DNA of 64,000 nucleotides from an uncultured virus (IMG/VR IMGVR_UViG_3300011815_000001) (lineage: Duplodnaviria > Heunggongvirae > Uroviricota > Caudoviricetes): IMG/VR virus record IMGVR_UViG_3300011815_000001; one strand, given 5' to 3'. Position numbers and translations under genes: made by a program. Positions 35,903 through 48,448 of this stretch are shown in pieces. The notes under the pieces are model-generated. The model had not been told where the DNA came from, made no database searches, and saw only the letters and a program-made list of their open reading frames with translations. Each line of letters begins with the position of its first letter. Positions within the stretch are counted from its first letter, which is position 1.

Positions 35903-36949
35903 GTGTACAAAATGGATTTTGACGTAAGTAAGATTTACAACCCAGAGATGAAGCTCAGTTTTTTAGATGAGTATTCAGCACAAGATTCCACCAAAGAAGT
36001 TGTTTTCAATACTTTTAAGAGAACTTTTAAGACAGAACAAAAATTAAATAAAGATTTATTTGAAATGACAGATGAAGAACTAGAGATGACTTTATTATCA
36101 GCTAATGTTCCAAGTGTTGCGTCCATGATTTCATTTTATTCAAATATAAATAACTATATATCATGGGTAAGTGAGAAATATAATGTAAATCAATTTATTC
36201 GCTTTGGTGGAGCTCCATTTTCTCAAATAGCTCACAAATATGTAATTAATACAGCAAATTCATTTTATACACAAGAAAATTTAATTAACTATTACGAATT
36301 AATGCATAATCAAGTAGATAAATTTATTATTCAGGCAATTTTTGAAGGTATTTGTGGAGAAGCATATATCGAATTGTCTCATTTAAAGATTGATGACTTT
36401 AAAGAGGAAGGAGGGAAATATTACGTAGACATTTCTACAACTAGAAATGGATTAGATAAGCTAGAGATATCAAAATTATTATATGATTTAGCGTTTAAAG
36501 TAAATGATGAAACTAGTTATATGGGCGAGAATGATTTATTAAATCCTTTATTTGAAAGTGATTATTTAATTAAGAGACCTAAAAGCAGGCGAGCGAATGA
36601 AGGATTTGAAAATGAACCAGTAGATCGAAGTCTGTTTAATAATAGAGCTAAAGTTTATAGAGATATTTTCTACCCAAACAAATTCACATATAGATTAATT
36701 ATTCAATCAGGAATCATGCATAAACTATATGAAATCATTAAAGATAAGCCAGCAGATTCAGAAGGGGTTGAGATCACTTTTGATGACTTAGACATTTTAT
36801 CTGACATATTTGATATCGGGAAGTATATCCATTCAGTCACATTAAAAGAGACTATAGCCCATGCACGAATTCGAGATAAAATTGATAAGCGATTCTTTGA
36901 GGAAAATTATTGTAAATTTCATTTTCAGCTTAATAAAAGAAGAGTATAA
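35903..36949 (+). CDS. YopR/MrpR-like integrase-fold phage repressor (catalytically degenerate)
   Basis: YNPEMKLSFL, EQKLNKDLFEM, IFEGICGEAYIELSHLK (no catalytic Arg) and LIIQSG; synteny. Confidence 0.75.
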   Translation: MYKMDFDVSKIYNPEMKLSFLDEYSAQDSTKEVVFNTFKRTFKTEQKLNKDLFEMTDEELEMTLLSANVPSVASMISFYSNINNYISWVSEKYNVNQFIRFGGAPFSQIAHKYVINTANSFYTQENLINYYELMHNQVDKFIIQAIFEGICGEAYIELSHLKIDDFKEEGGKYYVDISTTRNGLDKLEISKLLYDLAFKVNDETSYMGENDLLNPLFESDYLIKRPKSRRANEGFENEPVDRSLFNNRAKVYRDIFYPNKFTYRLIIQSGIMHKLYEIIKDKPADSEGVEITFDDLDILSDIFDIGKYIHSVTLKETIAHARIRDKIDKRFFEENYCKFHFQLNKRRV

Positions 36950-36955
36950 TGAACC

Positions 36956-36988
36956 AAGGGTGTACAAATGATGTGCATCCTTATTTTT
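36956..36988 (+). terminator. Intrinsic terminator after the repressor operon
   Basis: AAGGGTGTACA...TGTGCATCCTT-ATTTTT. Confidence 0.7.
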
Positions 36989-37019
36989 ATAGGTTTTATT
37001 AATTTATATTAAATAATAG

Positions 37020-37048
37020 TTGTATTATAATTGCTGGTGTGATATTAT
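37020..37048 (+). promoter_or_regulatory. SigA-type promoter at the start of the right array
   Basis: TTGTAT-17 bp-(TG)A-TATTAT preceded by ATATTAAATAA. Confidence 0.55.
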
Positions 37049-37507
37049 AACTTTAAGGAAATGATTAACAATGGGAGGTGAAATATTATGACAAGTATTG
37101 ATAAATGGACAGAGCTTAAAAGCTTTATTGACATATACATAAAGGCTCATGAAAATGCTGACACTGTTAATTCGGTAAGTGGAGAGCATTTAATGAAAGG
37201 TGGCATATCTGCATTAACGTATGTTCTAGATAAGATGGAAGAATTGGAAAGGAAACACTCTCAATAAAAGACGGATTTGATTGGAATTTTGAAAAAAGGA
37301 GGATTTTTATGAACAAAGAGCAAAAGTACGATGAATTGGTAAAATTCATTAGAGAGTATGACTTATACTGTAGAACCCTTGATAATAAAGGGACTGTGGG
37401 TGACAGAATAGCTAAAAATGTCGCAGATTCAGTTTTATCTACAATTTTACGAAAGATTAGAGATATAGGATAAATTAATCCGAATAAAATTCAAATTTGA
37501 TTGGGAA

Positions 37508-37547
37508 TAAAGAAAACTACTTATAGTGATTACTCACCATAAGTAGT
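37508..37547 (-). terminator. Intrinsic terminator of yneF
   Basis: ACTACTTATAGTGA/TCACCATAAGTAGT hairpin with a T-tract on the minus strand. Confidence 0.7.
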
Positions 37548-37559
37548 CCAGCTTCTTCA

Positions 37560-37778
37560 TTATTTATCTTGGAACTTGTTCATTTGTGACATCATTTGGC
37601 GCACTTGTTTTTCAGATGGTTTACGTCCCATCTGCGCCATCATCATTCGAATCATTTGTTCATTGATAGGTGGGTTTTCTTTTAAATACTTCATCATATA
37701 TTGGCGAGCGACGTAGAATCCAATTGCTACGCCAGCGATTAAAGCAATTATGATACCTAAAATCCATGCCCATGTCAT
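37560..37778 (-). CDS. yneF: YneF family (UPF0154) small membrane protein, host-type gene
   Basis: [46 protein letters not shown] on the minus strand. Confidence 0.95.
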   Translation of the reverse strand: MTWAWILGIIIALIAGVAIGFYVARQYMMKYLKENPPINEQMIRMMMAQMGRKPSEKQVRQMMSQMNKFQDK

Positions 37779-37824
37779 AGTTGATTGCCTCCTTCTATGT
37801 ACAACAATTAAGTCTCCAAGAAGG

Positions 37825-37853
37825 ATTATACACTATTAATGAGCAAGTTTCTA
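37825..37853 (-). promoter_or_regulatory. Promoter of yneF
   Basis: Minus strand TAGAAA-17 bp-TATAAT. Confidence 0.55.
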
Positions 37854-40800
37854 TATTCTAAAAGCAAGGATTAAATAAAAACTCTATTTGAATGAAAGCG
37901 AGGAGGTCAATATGGATATTTACAAAGATACTGCTGTAGAACTATATAGAAATAAAATAAAAGAAGTTGTACCAGAAATTTCAGAAAGCGAATTAAATAG
38001 TTTGTCAAGTGCGTTCATAACGGGCTTTAATATGGGGATAGCTCAGAATGAAAGCGACGCAATAAAAGAAATAGCTTTAAAAATGATGATTCGTTAAAAC
38101 TCTTATGAATGAAAGTGGGGAGAAATTAAATGTATTATGGTGCGGAGTATTACGACTTAGCGTCATTTGAGGAAGAAAAGAAACGTCTTCAGAAGAATAT
38201 AGAATTGGGTAATGGCATTGTTAAATTATTTAATGGTAAATATATTGATATCGATAAAGTTGTATCAATATCCGAGCCTAGTTTTATAGATAGAATGGGT
38301 CACGGTGGATTTTATGTTGGGTTCGACATAGAAGTACAATTATTAGAAAAGACGATTGAATACGAACGAGAGTTTGAATATGCTGAATATCAGCACAACC
38401 ACAATAGTTTACCTGACTGTAGTTTGGTATATCTAGAAAATACAAATAAATTATTAGCTGTTGAAAGATTAAAGGTTCAAATTGATGATTTAATTGGAAT
38501 ATGGCTAAAGCATAATCAAACTAGATCACAATAAAAATTCCATTTGATAGGAAAGGGAGAGAGTTAAATGTCAATAGACGATGTAGTAGAAATAGTAAAT
38601 TTAGTTAAGGATTACAACATGGGAGAAATAAACAATCGTATTGAGCATCTTGAATGGCTGTGTATGGCTACAGATGACACAGAACTACATAAAGAACTAC
38701 GATTATTAAAAGAATTTAGATCAGCGAATGAAATTTTTAATTCAATGAAATGGGAGGAGTAGATTATGTGGAAGAATACAGATTATGATTTCCAATGGTT
38801 TATGGTTATTATTGGTCTTATTTCATTAATTATAGGATACTCAGTTAATAATCCATTTATAGAATCGTTCTTTGTTGCATTCGGATGGGGAAATATCATT
38901 TTGAATCCATTAATTATTATTTTTATGATAAGACAAAAGAAATATAATTCTAAATAAAAATCTAGTTTTATTAGGATTGAGGTGAAATAATGAAAAGTGA
39001 CAAATTCGGTACGTTTTTCTTAATTTTAGCGGCATTGTTATTTTTCCTATCAGGAAAAGCCTTTATTGATGGACTTTGGGCGGTAGGGTTTTGTGCATTA
39101 TATGCTTCATTGTTAAATTGTATATTATCTGGTGTACTGTTCAAATCAAATTTCGATTTGATTGGAAATATTAAATAATAAAGGAGGGGAAGGATGAAAG
39201 ATCACTTAATATATTTGTTCGTGGGGATAGTATCTGTTCTATTCTGCTTATTATGTTTTTACTTACATACTAAAATAAACTTCTTCGAGAGCTTGTTTCA
39301 ATTCATTGTAATTATACTTGCATTATGGACTATTGGATTTGTGATTGTTAATACGTACAGAAAAGAATTTAAAAGATAAAATAAACATTTTACGAGGAGC
39401 GAAGTCGAATGAAAACAGTAGAAGAACAGTATCACTTAGTGGCAGACGGTAAATTAAAAGGCAGTTATTATGTTAGCTATACTTCAGTTGGTGGAGGTTG
39501 TTATGAATTTGTACTCACTAAATCTCCTCATAAGTTTTATTCATCATTGCAAGAAATTACACCGATGAGAGAGCTACTGGAGCGAACAATTAAGAATGAT
39601 GGTGTATATGACAATAATAATTTTATTTATATTGATAGTGAAATGCTTGAGGAGATAGGTGGTATTGTAAATGTTAATATTCAAAAATCAGTCATTACAA
39701 AAGAAGTTGAAATTAGTTACATTGATTAAATAAATCAAATAAACCTTTTATCGGAAATGGAGGAAATGAATGAATAGATTTACGATTAGGTTCAAGGACA
39801 GCAATGTATTAAAGTTGATTGAGGAATGCTGTGAAATCACTTATCAATCACCTGTTATTGAGTTAGTATTTGTTAAAACAGAATTAACGAGAGAAGAGCT
39901 AATGGATATTGAAGGTGTATTTAAAGTGGAGACACCTAGGGTTGGAAGACTATGTATTTAAAAGGAGGAATTTAAATATGATTTTATTTAAGAAAACGTA
40001 CAGTGACTCTACAGATGAGTATGATAAGGATGATATTTACTCTTTAGAAACCAATGATGATATCAACTATCAGGGAGAATATAAGATTGTTAATTTGTCG
40101 ATTTGGTATGCGTTGACTATATTCTGCGACAATGTTGGAGGTAAATTCATATTGCGAAATGCTTATATGCAAAATGCAGAAGATGATGAGTATAGAATGA
40201 GGTTGATTGATGCAAATAGAATCCCAAATTTAGCAGAGGATTTAGATGATTTCTTGGAGTGGGTTAAGGTCAAAGTTGAAACATTAAATTAATTAGGAAT
40301 GGAGAGATACATAGTGGATTTAAAACAAGCTTATGAAATTAAAGAACTAATAAACAGCTACGAAAAAGCCGAAAGTTTAGCGGTGAAGTTCCAAGATATG
40401 ACCAGTAGTGGACATGAGTATATCGAAATTAATACAAAATATGGATCATTGAAATTTAAAGAAGATGATGATATTGGGAACAGTGTTGCTTTTCACCTTG
40501 ATGTTTTATTTGGAGATAAAGCTTACGATATTCAGAAGAAAATTGAAAACTATGAAGAAAATAAATCCCAATAAAACAAGTCTTTTAAAGGAATTGAGGT
40601 GTAAAGATGAATTATGAAGAAGCGTATTGTTTACTTGAAAAAACTATAGGTGAGGAAATTAAATCTTTAAAAACCCTTATAAACAAAGGCTCAAATGAAG
40701 ATGTCACTGTTACGAAGGCTAAAATTCAAGTTTTATACAAGATAATGAATGATTTCTTTAAAAAAGCTGAAAACAAAACCAAATAAAAGATGCATTTTAA

Positions 40801-41026
40801 TGGAAAATATAAAATAAAAGGAGAATTACTATGGATAGAAAATTAATGGATTACATTAGAGCAGAAAGTCAAACCAATTATGCTAATATTTTAGATTATT
40901 TTACAGATATTAACCAATGTGATGATGAATTAAAAGCTAAATATTTAGCAGACTTAGTTTGGTTTATCGCAAACACTGAGAATCTAGATGATGAAGAATT
41001 CGAAATGATGTGGGGATGATTAATAT

Positions 41027-41371
41027 ATGAAAATGTACATATTAGTAAATGAGGATATTAAAATTTCAAAGGGTAAATTAGCAGGTCAAGTCGGTCATGC
41101 GGTAAATAGTTTCCTATGGCATAATTATATTGTTCCAGTAAGAGAAGGGAGAAATGTAGAACCGTTAGATGAATATATGACTGCTCAGAAGAAGATTATT
41201 TTAAAGTGTCCAGAATCAAAATTATTAGAATTAGAGGCAGAAGGTCACATTACCATTCGAGACAAGGGGTTAACTGAATTAGAGCCTAATACATTAACTT
41301 GTGTTAATTTAGGTATTTACTATACGAATTGTGAACCTGAATGGGTTAAAGAATTAAAGTTGTATCATTAA
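41027..41371 (+). CDS. Peptidyl-tRNA hydrolase, PTH2 family
   Basis: KGKLAGQVGHA, QKKIILK and IRDKGLTELEPNTLTC motifs. Confidence 0.9.
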   Translation: MKMYILVNEDIKISKGKLAGQVGHAVNSFLWHNYIVPVREGRNVEPLDEYMTAQKKIILKCPESKLLELEAEGHITIRDKGLTELEPNTLTCVNLGIYYTNCEPEWVKELKLYH

Positions 41372-43659
41372 ATAAAATCGAGATTTGATTAGAAAATAGG
41401 AGGTTGTTATGATGGAAGTTACATTAGAGGTTTTATCTGACGTTGAGCTACAGAGAGGTCGAGACATTGAATATTTAACTAAAGGAGATATTGTGCAAGC
41501 GAAATTCAGTAATTTTGGAGTGAATTTACTATTTGGGAACACATGGTCTATGGAATACAGTTACGAGAATATACAAAAATGCTTTAAGGTATATGGGCAA
41601 TAAATTAAATTAATTAAATCTGACATTTGACAGGCTTTTATATTAATATTACATAATAGGAGGAAGTTATGAATACTTATAAACGAGAAAAGGAAGAACT
41701 ATTTCATGAAATTATGGACTTGAAACAAAAGATTCAAAGTATCGCTTCAATTGTACAAAATGAAAGAATGACTGTTACAGACGATGCGATGATTGAATGG
41801 GTAAATAATGTTGATGTAGTAATTGCCGCCTTGAAAAAAGTTAAATTTGATGTGGTGGTACATTACGAGGAAGAAGGTAAGTAATATATGATTTGGAAAG
41901 AGTTGAAAGCAGGTAGTTATAAAAACTATGGATATCATATTTACGGCAAGTATACAGAAGATTATCCAACTGAAATTGATGGCGAGGTTGTTTACAAGGA
42001 ATCAATTGAGACCAGTGTAAAAATAATGAATCCTTTAGGCGATATTGTAGATGAATATAGTTGGTTTGATAATCTAATGCATAACTACAATGAATCTTAT
42101 CGATATTTAATTAGATTTCGACAAGTTTATAAGAAAGGTCGCGGAATCAAAGGATTATACTACGAGCTATTCCCAAGACTGGAAGAAGTAATACATATAG
42201 AAGATGATTATCAGCGAGTGCTAAATGATTGGACTAATTATTGCGAAAGAAAAATTGATGGAATGGTTAGTGAGCGTGAGAAAGAATTGTATGAGCAAGA
42301 AATGACAGATGGATTACCTGACAGTGTATTTATTAAATATTTGGATTGATAGGGGGAGCTAATAAATGGAGTTAATCAGCAAACAATCAAAAGATATAAT
42401 GGGGCAAGAATTGTTAGTAAAGATGTCGGTAGCGGATTTAGTTGTACTCGAATCAGTACTTTCTAATAACAATAACGATCAAATATTTGAAGCGTTACAT
42501 TATTCTTCAACTGGGTGTCAAAGTAGTGAATGGCATATTTACAATGGGGAACATGGAGTATTTAATTACATGGAACGTAATCCCGAAAATCATTATGAAC
42601 AGTTATATCCGAAAGTAAGTAAGTTGTTAGCAGAAGTGTTTAATATTCAGGATTAAAGGGAGGAAGGCATAAAATGAAATTTAATATTGAAGAATTAGAG
42701 AAGTTAGAAACAAAATTTAATGGGTTATTCGATAAATGTAACTTAGCTATGGGAGTTATTTCTCGTGAGCTACGAAAAATTATGAATGAATCGGATTACT
42801 CTGATATGAAAACTTATATTCGTTGGGAATTTGGAGACCATTTAAAGGGTGTAGACGACATTACGATTACGAAAAATGGTATCGAACTATGGAATGATGA
42901 ATTAACTTTACATATGCTTTCAGAAGAATTTGAAGATGGTGTGTTTGAATTTAAAGTTCCTCAGCAATGGTTGGAAGTGGAAGATGATGAGATGGAAATT
43001 CTGATTAAACAATGGCTTAGAGAGAAAGTCAATAGCTTCATTGAGATTAAAAAATTACAGCTTGAACGTAACCAAGAAGATAAGAAAGCGGAGTTAGTCA
43101 ATCGAATCAAAGAATTTGAAAAAGAGCAGGTGATTGAGCTTTTAAAAGAAATCCCTGAATACAGCGATCTAATATAATAACTCTTTTAAATGGATTTTAA
43201 GGAGCTGATGTCCATTAACTCATATAAGGTGTATAATCCTAATTGTGGAATGATATATAGGATTAAGATAATTAACAGTAAGGTATCTAAAGTTAATTGG
43301 GGCTTTGGTAAAAGCATGTTATCCAATAAGACAATAATAACTAATTTACACAAAGGTTCATGGATAATGATTAAAAGTAGAAAGGATTTAGTTAATATGA
43401 AAAGCGTACAATTACTATATCACGACAAAACAAACACTTATTGGAGCAACGATGTAAACTGGAAGGAGCTATGGAAAGAAGAAAAAATAAATTATGGGCA
43501 TATTGAAATGGATACCGATAATATATTTATAATTAAGAAATCAATGAATCAAGATGGGTTTGAATTGGTTAAAGATTTAGATGGGACTCCCTTTAAAAGT
43601 AAGTATTAAAATGACTTTCAATAAATCCAATATTTTATTGGAAATTCCTGCATAAATGC

Positions 43660-43689
43660 TTGCAAGTTTAATAATTTATATTGTATAAT
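43660..43689 (+). promoter_or_regulatory. SigA-type promoter
   Basis: TTGCAA-18 bp-TATAAT overlapping ATATTGTATAA. Confidence 0.6.
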
Positions 43690-43718
43690 AAGTATAAGAA
43701 AAAGAAAGGGGAATTTAT

Positions 43719-44291
43719 TTGGAGTATAAAACGGGAGATTTATTTAGAGTGTCATTCAGCGATAGCTTTTTAACTAAAGTTTACTCTTTTACACAGGATG
43801 AATTGATTGTCTTTACAGGTGAGATAGACACCCTTAGCGGGGATACTTTTTACAAGATGGAGAACTCAGTAGGTAATATCGAATGGCTTTTGGAAGAGGA
43901 TTTTACACCCCTTGATGATACTCCTGAGAATCCACATGAAACGTTTAATAAAAAAGTAAAAGAATATAAGGAAGAGGAGGAGTTTGAAATGAATTATGAA
44001 AAAGGCGATTTATTTAAATTAGTATCCGAAATTCCGAGCAATAAGTTACTTAAAAAAGGTCAGATTGTTGAATTGGTTAGTAAAGGAAAAGACTTATATA
44101 CAGTAAAAGATACAAGTGGCAAATGGCATTATGTTCCGATTAAGTTTCTAGAGTATTACGATGAAGTTGCACAAGCCCCATTAGATAAGAATATTGAAAG
44201 TGAAATGGTACATATTATGGATTTTCACAAACAGCAATACATAGATAAATGCTTAGACGAAGGTAACTTTGAAGCATTAGAAAAGCTTTAA
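43719..44291 (+). CDS. Phage protein with a repeated N-terminal unit and a C-terminal IDEAL-like domain
   Basis: YKTGDLF and YEKGDLF repeats; C-terminal QQYIDKCLDEGNFEALEKL. Confidence 0.55.
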   Translation: MEYKTGDLFRVSFSDSFLTKVYSFTQDELIVFTGEIDTLSGDTFYKMENSVGNIEWLLEEDFTPLDDTPENPHETFNKKVKEYKEEEEFEMNYEKGDLFKLVSEIPSNKLLKKGQIVELVSKGKDLYTVKDTSGKWHYVPIKFLEYYDEVAQAPLDKNIESEMVHIMDFHKQQYIDKCLDEGNFEALEKL

Positions 44292-44603
44292 AATTAATAT
44301 TGAATAATTATATACATATTAAAGGGGCGGTAACATGAAATACAATGAAGTGATGTACTATATCGTAGATAAAAACAGTAGATTTGTGTCATGTGATTAT
44401 GAGGCATACATGCTTTATTCAACGGATTATATCGATGGAGAATCTTGTAGCACTGAGTATAAGGATAGAGCTAAGGATATAAGTATTAAATTAGAACAAG
44501 AGTACCGAGCAGGCGAATATGGAAGAATGAATGTGGAGTTCCCATTACGAGTAGTGAAAGTAACTACAAATCATATTGTTGAGGAAATAGAATAGGAGTA
44601 TAA

Positions 44604-44650
44604 ACACTACATGTATGGGTTTAATTAATAAATATGCGTATATGTAGTGT
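44604..44650. promoter_or_regulatory. Tandem NrdR-like boxes (31 bp apart)
   Basis: ACACTACATGTATGGG and TGCGTATATGTAGTGT versus acaCwAtATaTwGtgt. Confidence 0.45.
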
Positions 44651-47344
44651 TGTAATTCCAATAAATCAAATCTTTGATTGGAATTCATTGTTAATAAATA
44701 TTAAATATAAATTTAAAGGGGAATTATGAATGTTAAAACTACAAGAAACAAAGCATAGCTACTATTGTGACCACTTCGATGAGGAAGTATTTGAATCACT
44801 TCAACATTTCAAAGATGATTGGGCAGGAGAAAACTTGATGGATGTCGATAACGATTATAATTTAGTGTTTCGATATGATATTAACAAATCCTATGATTAT
44901 GAAACAGATGAAGAATTAGGCACATATGAATTATCAATGAATTATATGTTGCAAAGAAAAGGAAAGCACGTCAAAGTAGTAATTCGAAATATTACAGACG
45001 AGGATTTAAAAGAAATCAATCCATATTTAAAACGCAATTTCGAATATCTAATGGGTTTATGGAGTGAGTTTAACACTAAATAAAAAATCAATTTGATTGA
45101 GAAATAATGGGTTTACGGAATAACTTGTGGAATATTCTTTTATTTGGAATAATTTGTAGTGGAAAAAATTGAGTAGTTGAATAAAATTATTAAGTAAAGG
45201 AGAAATGAAAATGTCAGAAACAAAATATATATACCCAACGGTTGAGGAAATTGAAGATGTGCGTATCTTATGGAATGAAGATGGCTACAAGCGAATTGAA
45301 GTGGAATTGAAAAACGGTGAGAGTTACTTGGTTGAAAATGATTGATACCAAACAATTTGAGAAAATTGTGGAGTTGGAGAGTGATTAAATGGAGTATGTT
45401 ATCGAAGGAATTACTTATCTTGAAACAAATGATAAAGCAGAGATTGGTGATTATGTAGTTTCCTCTGAACAGATTGAACAACCAAGAATCTATAAGGTTT
45501 ATCACACAACAGAAAGTAAACTTATTTTAGGTAGATATTCAAGAGGACATACAAATTTATGGGATTACAAAGTGTTGAAACCTAAAATTAGTTAATACAC
45601 AATACGAAAGAAAGGAAGTGGATGAAATGACTTTTAATTGGGGAACGGCTTTAAGACCTAAGTACCTCTCATTAGTTTATGGTAGTGAATGGGACAAAGA
45701 GGATTTTAAGGTAATTAACTTTAGAAAAACGCCTTTAGGATGGTCAATGAATATATGGAGACTTTCTGTATCTTATGATAATCATGGGAGAGTACAGTAA
45801 CCAGCAATACGAACATGGAAGGTGAGTAGATGAACTGCGAGGTTTGCGAAGAAGATATTTACTACGACAGCTTTAATAAAGAATGGCTTTTAAGGGTTGA
45901 AAATAGTAACTGGAGTGAAGGTCTTGACAACTTTGACTATACAGAATTACAAGTGAATTTTTGTTATAAGTGTGGAAAGGATTACAGAAATATAAAAAAG
46001 GAGGAATGAAGAATGATAAGAAAGTTCAAATGCATTAAGGAATTAGTTGTTGATAAGCTTGATGAATATGAAATAGAAATTGAAAACGAAGTCGTCATTA
46101 TTCCAGTGGATTCCGTATGGGAATTAAGTAAACACGCTCATATGAGTGATGTACGTTTAGAAAATGATGATCTTGAGTGGTTAGAAATTGATTTCCAATC
46201 TTTAAAAGAGTGCTTTGTTGAAATGAACCAAATTGTGGATTATAGGAGGTTAATGGGTTTGAGAAAACATATTGAAGTCGAAATGGCAAATTTGTCAATA
46301 CCATCAGATGACTTAATCGAGGTAGACGAAGGGGATATTCAAATTATTGAAAACGAAAATACATTAGTAATAGGTACTGATGCTCCCTTAAAAGAATATA
46401 GGTATTTAAAAAGTTTAGATTGATTTATTAAGCAATACGAACAAATTGTATAGGAATAACACTATGTCACTATTACGAATACCCGAAATAATTAAATAAA
46501 AAGGAGAACATAATATATGAATAAAATGGTAGAGATTCTACAAAAGGTTGAAAGAGAGCAGAATAGAAAAAATAATCCATACTACATAGGTAATGATCGG
46601 TATTTAGTAAAATACAGAAAGCACGAAGGAGATAATTCATTCGTATTTAAGGGTGTATGTGAAAACTTTAATTCATCAGGATTGTCAGCATTTTGGAACG
46701 AAGATAACGAACAGATGTTATTAGTGCATTATAGAGACATTTTAGGTTTATACCCTATTAAAAAGTCCAAATAGAAAATAAAATTGATTAAGAAAAGGAG
46801 AGCTACCTATGTTTGAAAAGTTGGTAAATAAGGTTACTAAAAATAAAACAGAAATTCCGTTAGTATTTATATCTTTGGATTTACATAAGCATCGAGAAAA
46901 TAAGAGAAGATCATGTGACATTAAAGTACATCCCATTGTAGCTGATGAAACAGTTAAGCAAAAGGTAAATGAATTAATCGATTATATTCGAGATAATTTT
47001 GATATGGAGGAATTAGTATGAACAGTATCTATATTTTATATTATAACAACGAACCTGTACCAATGACGGGTAGACACAAACGAATCTACACATCCCTTGA
47101 TAGTGCTAAAAATGCAATTTATGCAATAGCTAAACGTACTGTAAGGATTGGTATAAACAACGGATGGTCTAAAATGAAAAAGTCAGAAAAACGCAAATTA
47201 GTAAATGAAGAGGTTAAAAAGTACTCAATTGGAGTTTTTAATCATATTGAAAACGTTGATATATCAGCGTTTATAGAACTATAAATTCCTATAAAATGTT
47301 TGTTTGAATGGGATTAATTATTATTTAATAAAGGGAGATGTAAA

Positions 47345-48373
47345 ATGGAAATTAATTATATTATCGAAGAAATGATAAACCAAGAAGTCGAGGCACGGGT
47401 AGCAAATTACACATCTAAATATGAACAACTAAAGGAACAGCACAAGAAAGTACTATCAGAATTACAACAAGAAAAAAATAGAAATAAGGATTTAAAAACC
47501 GGCGCAAATCAATTCGAATTATTGAGTAGCCTATCAGACAATATTGACGCTGAAAATATTGAAGAAATAGTAATTGCTAATTTAGGATATAAATACGAAA
47601 ATATCTCATTCGGTGGGATGAACAGTGAACATATACCGCAGTGGTTTAAAATTATTTGTAAGTATTTCGATAACAAAGAAGACATTTTAAACATTTTTGA
47701 TTTATTTAAAATCGAGTATCCTCACTGGGCTAAAGATATAGTGTTGCCTAGCCATTACGATAAAGATGATCTTGAGTTTTGTTTAAGTCGAATCAATAAA
47801 CTTTATGTAACTAATGGGCAAATCTATGAAGGAAATATGGGATTTTATTATGCACAGTTTAGTGGTAGAAAATTTAATTTGAAAGATGTGTTTAATAAAA
47901 ATTCATATGTTAGCATACCTTATCAGTTATTATTAAAAAATAAATTGCTAGTAGAAGACGATACTTTATTCGAAATGATTCTCAATAGTTTATACGAAGA
48001 TAGAAGTCATGCATCATATTTTATGAAGATTGTAGAATATCAAAATTTAGATATTGAAAAAGTTAAAAAGCTATTAAAGCCTAATAGGCACGGTTCAATT
48101 ACATATAAGTCAGTTTTATCTAAATATCCTCAGTTACTCAAGGATTATAAGATTGGTTCAAAATTTAAAGATCACATCTCCGAGTATTCTGGATCAGAGC
48201 TATTCGTATTGAAGTTTAGCAAAGACATTCAAAAGGAGTATTTCTTAAAAAGAAACAGTGAACGTGATAAATACAGTACATTTGATTTTGTTAAATTAAT
48301 CGACCAGTCAGATGAATTGTCAGTCGATGAAAAAGCTGAATTAATAAAACAATGTTATTTAAATATGGATTAA
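47345..48373 (+). CDS. Hypothetical phage protein with N-terminal coiled coil (342 aa)
   Basis: Long ORF with AAGGGAG RBS. Confidence 0.75.
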   Translation: MEINYIIEEMINQEVEARVANYTSKYEQLKEQHKKVLSELQQEKNRNKDLKTGANQFELLSSLSDNIDAENIEEIVIANLGYKYENISFGGMNSEHIPQWFKIICKYFDNKEDILNIFDLFKIEYPHWAKDIVLPSHYDKDDLEFCLSRINKLYVTNGQIYEGNMGFYYAQFSGRKFNLKDVFNKNSYVSIPYQLLLKNKLLVEDDTLFEMILNSLYEDRSHASYFMKIVEYQNLDIEKVKKLLKPNRHGSITYKSVLSKYPQLLKDYKIGSKFKDHISEYSGSELFVLKFSKDIQKEYFLKRNSERDKYSTFDFVKLIDQSDELSVDEKAELIKQCYLNMD

Positions 48374-48390
48374 TTTTAACTAGAAAGTTG

Positions 48391-48448
48391 ACACTATATA
48401 ATGTGTTTAAATTGATTATTTTATCTAAATCGATACAATATATAGATA
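48391..48448. promoter_or_regulatory. Tandem NrdR-like boxes (42 bp apart)
   Basis: ACACTATATAATGTGT and ATACAATATATAGATA. Confidence 0.55.

Noticed and set aside
44730..45083. Known sponge anti-defence protein (Tad1/Acb2)
   Set aside because: Lacks the RENA...TKLEEALMW-type motif; left as hypothetical
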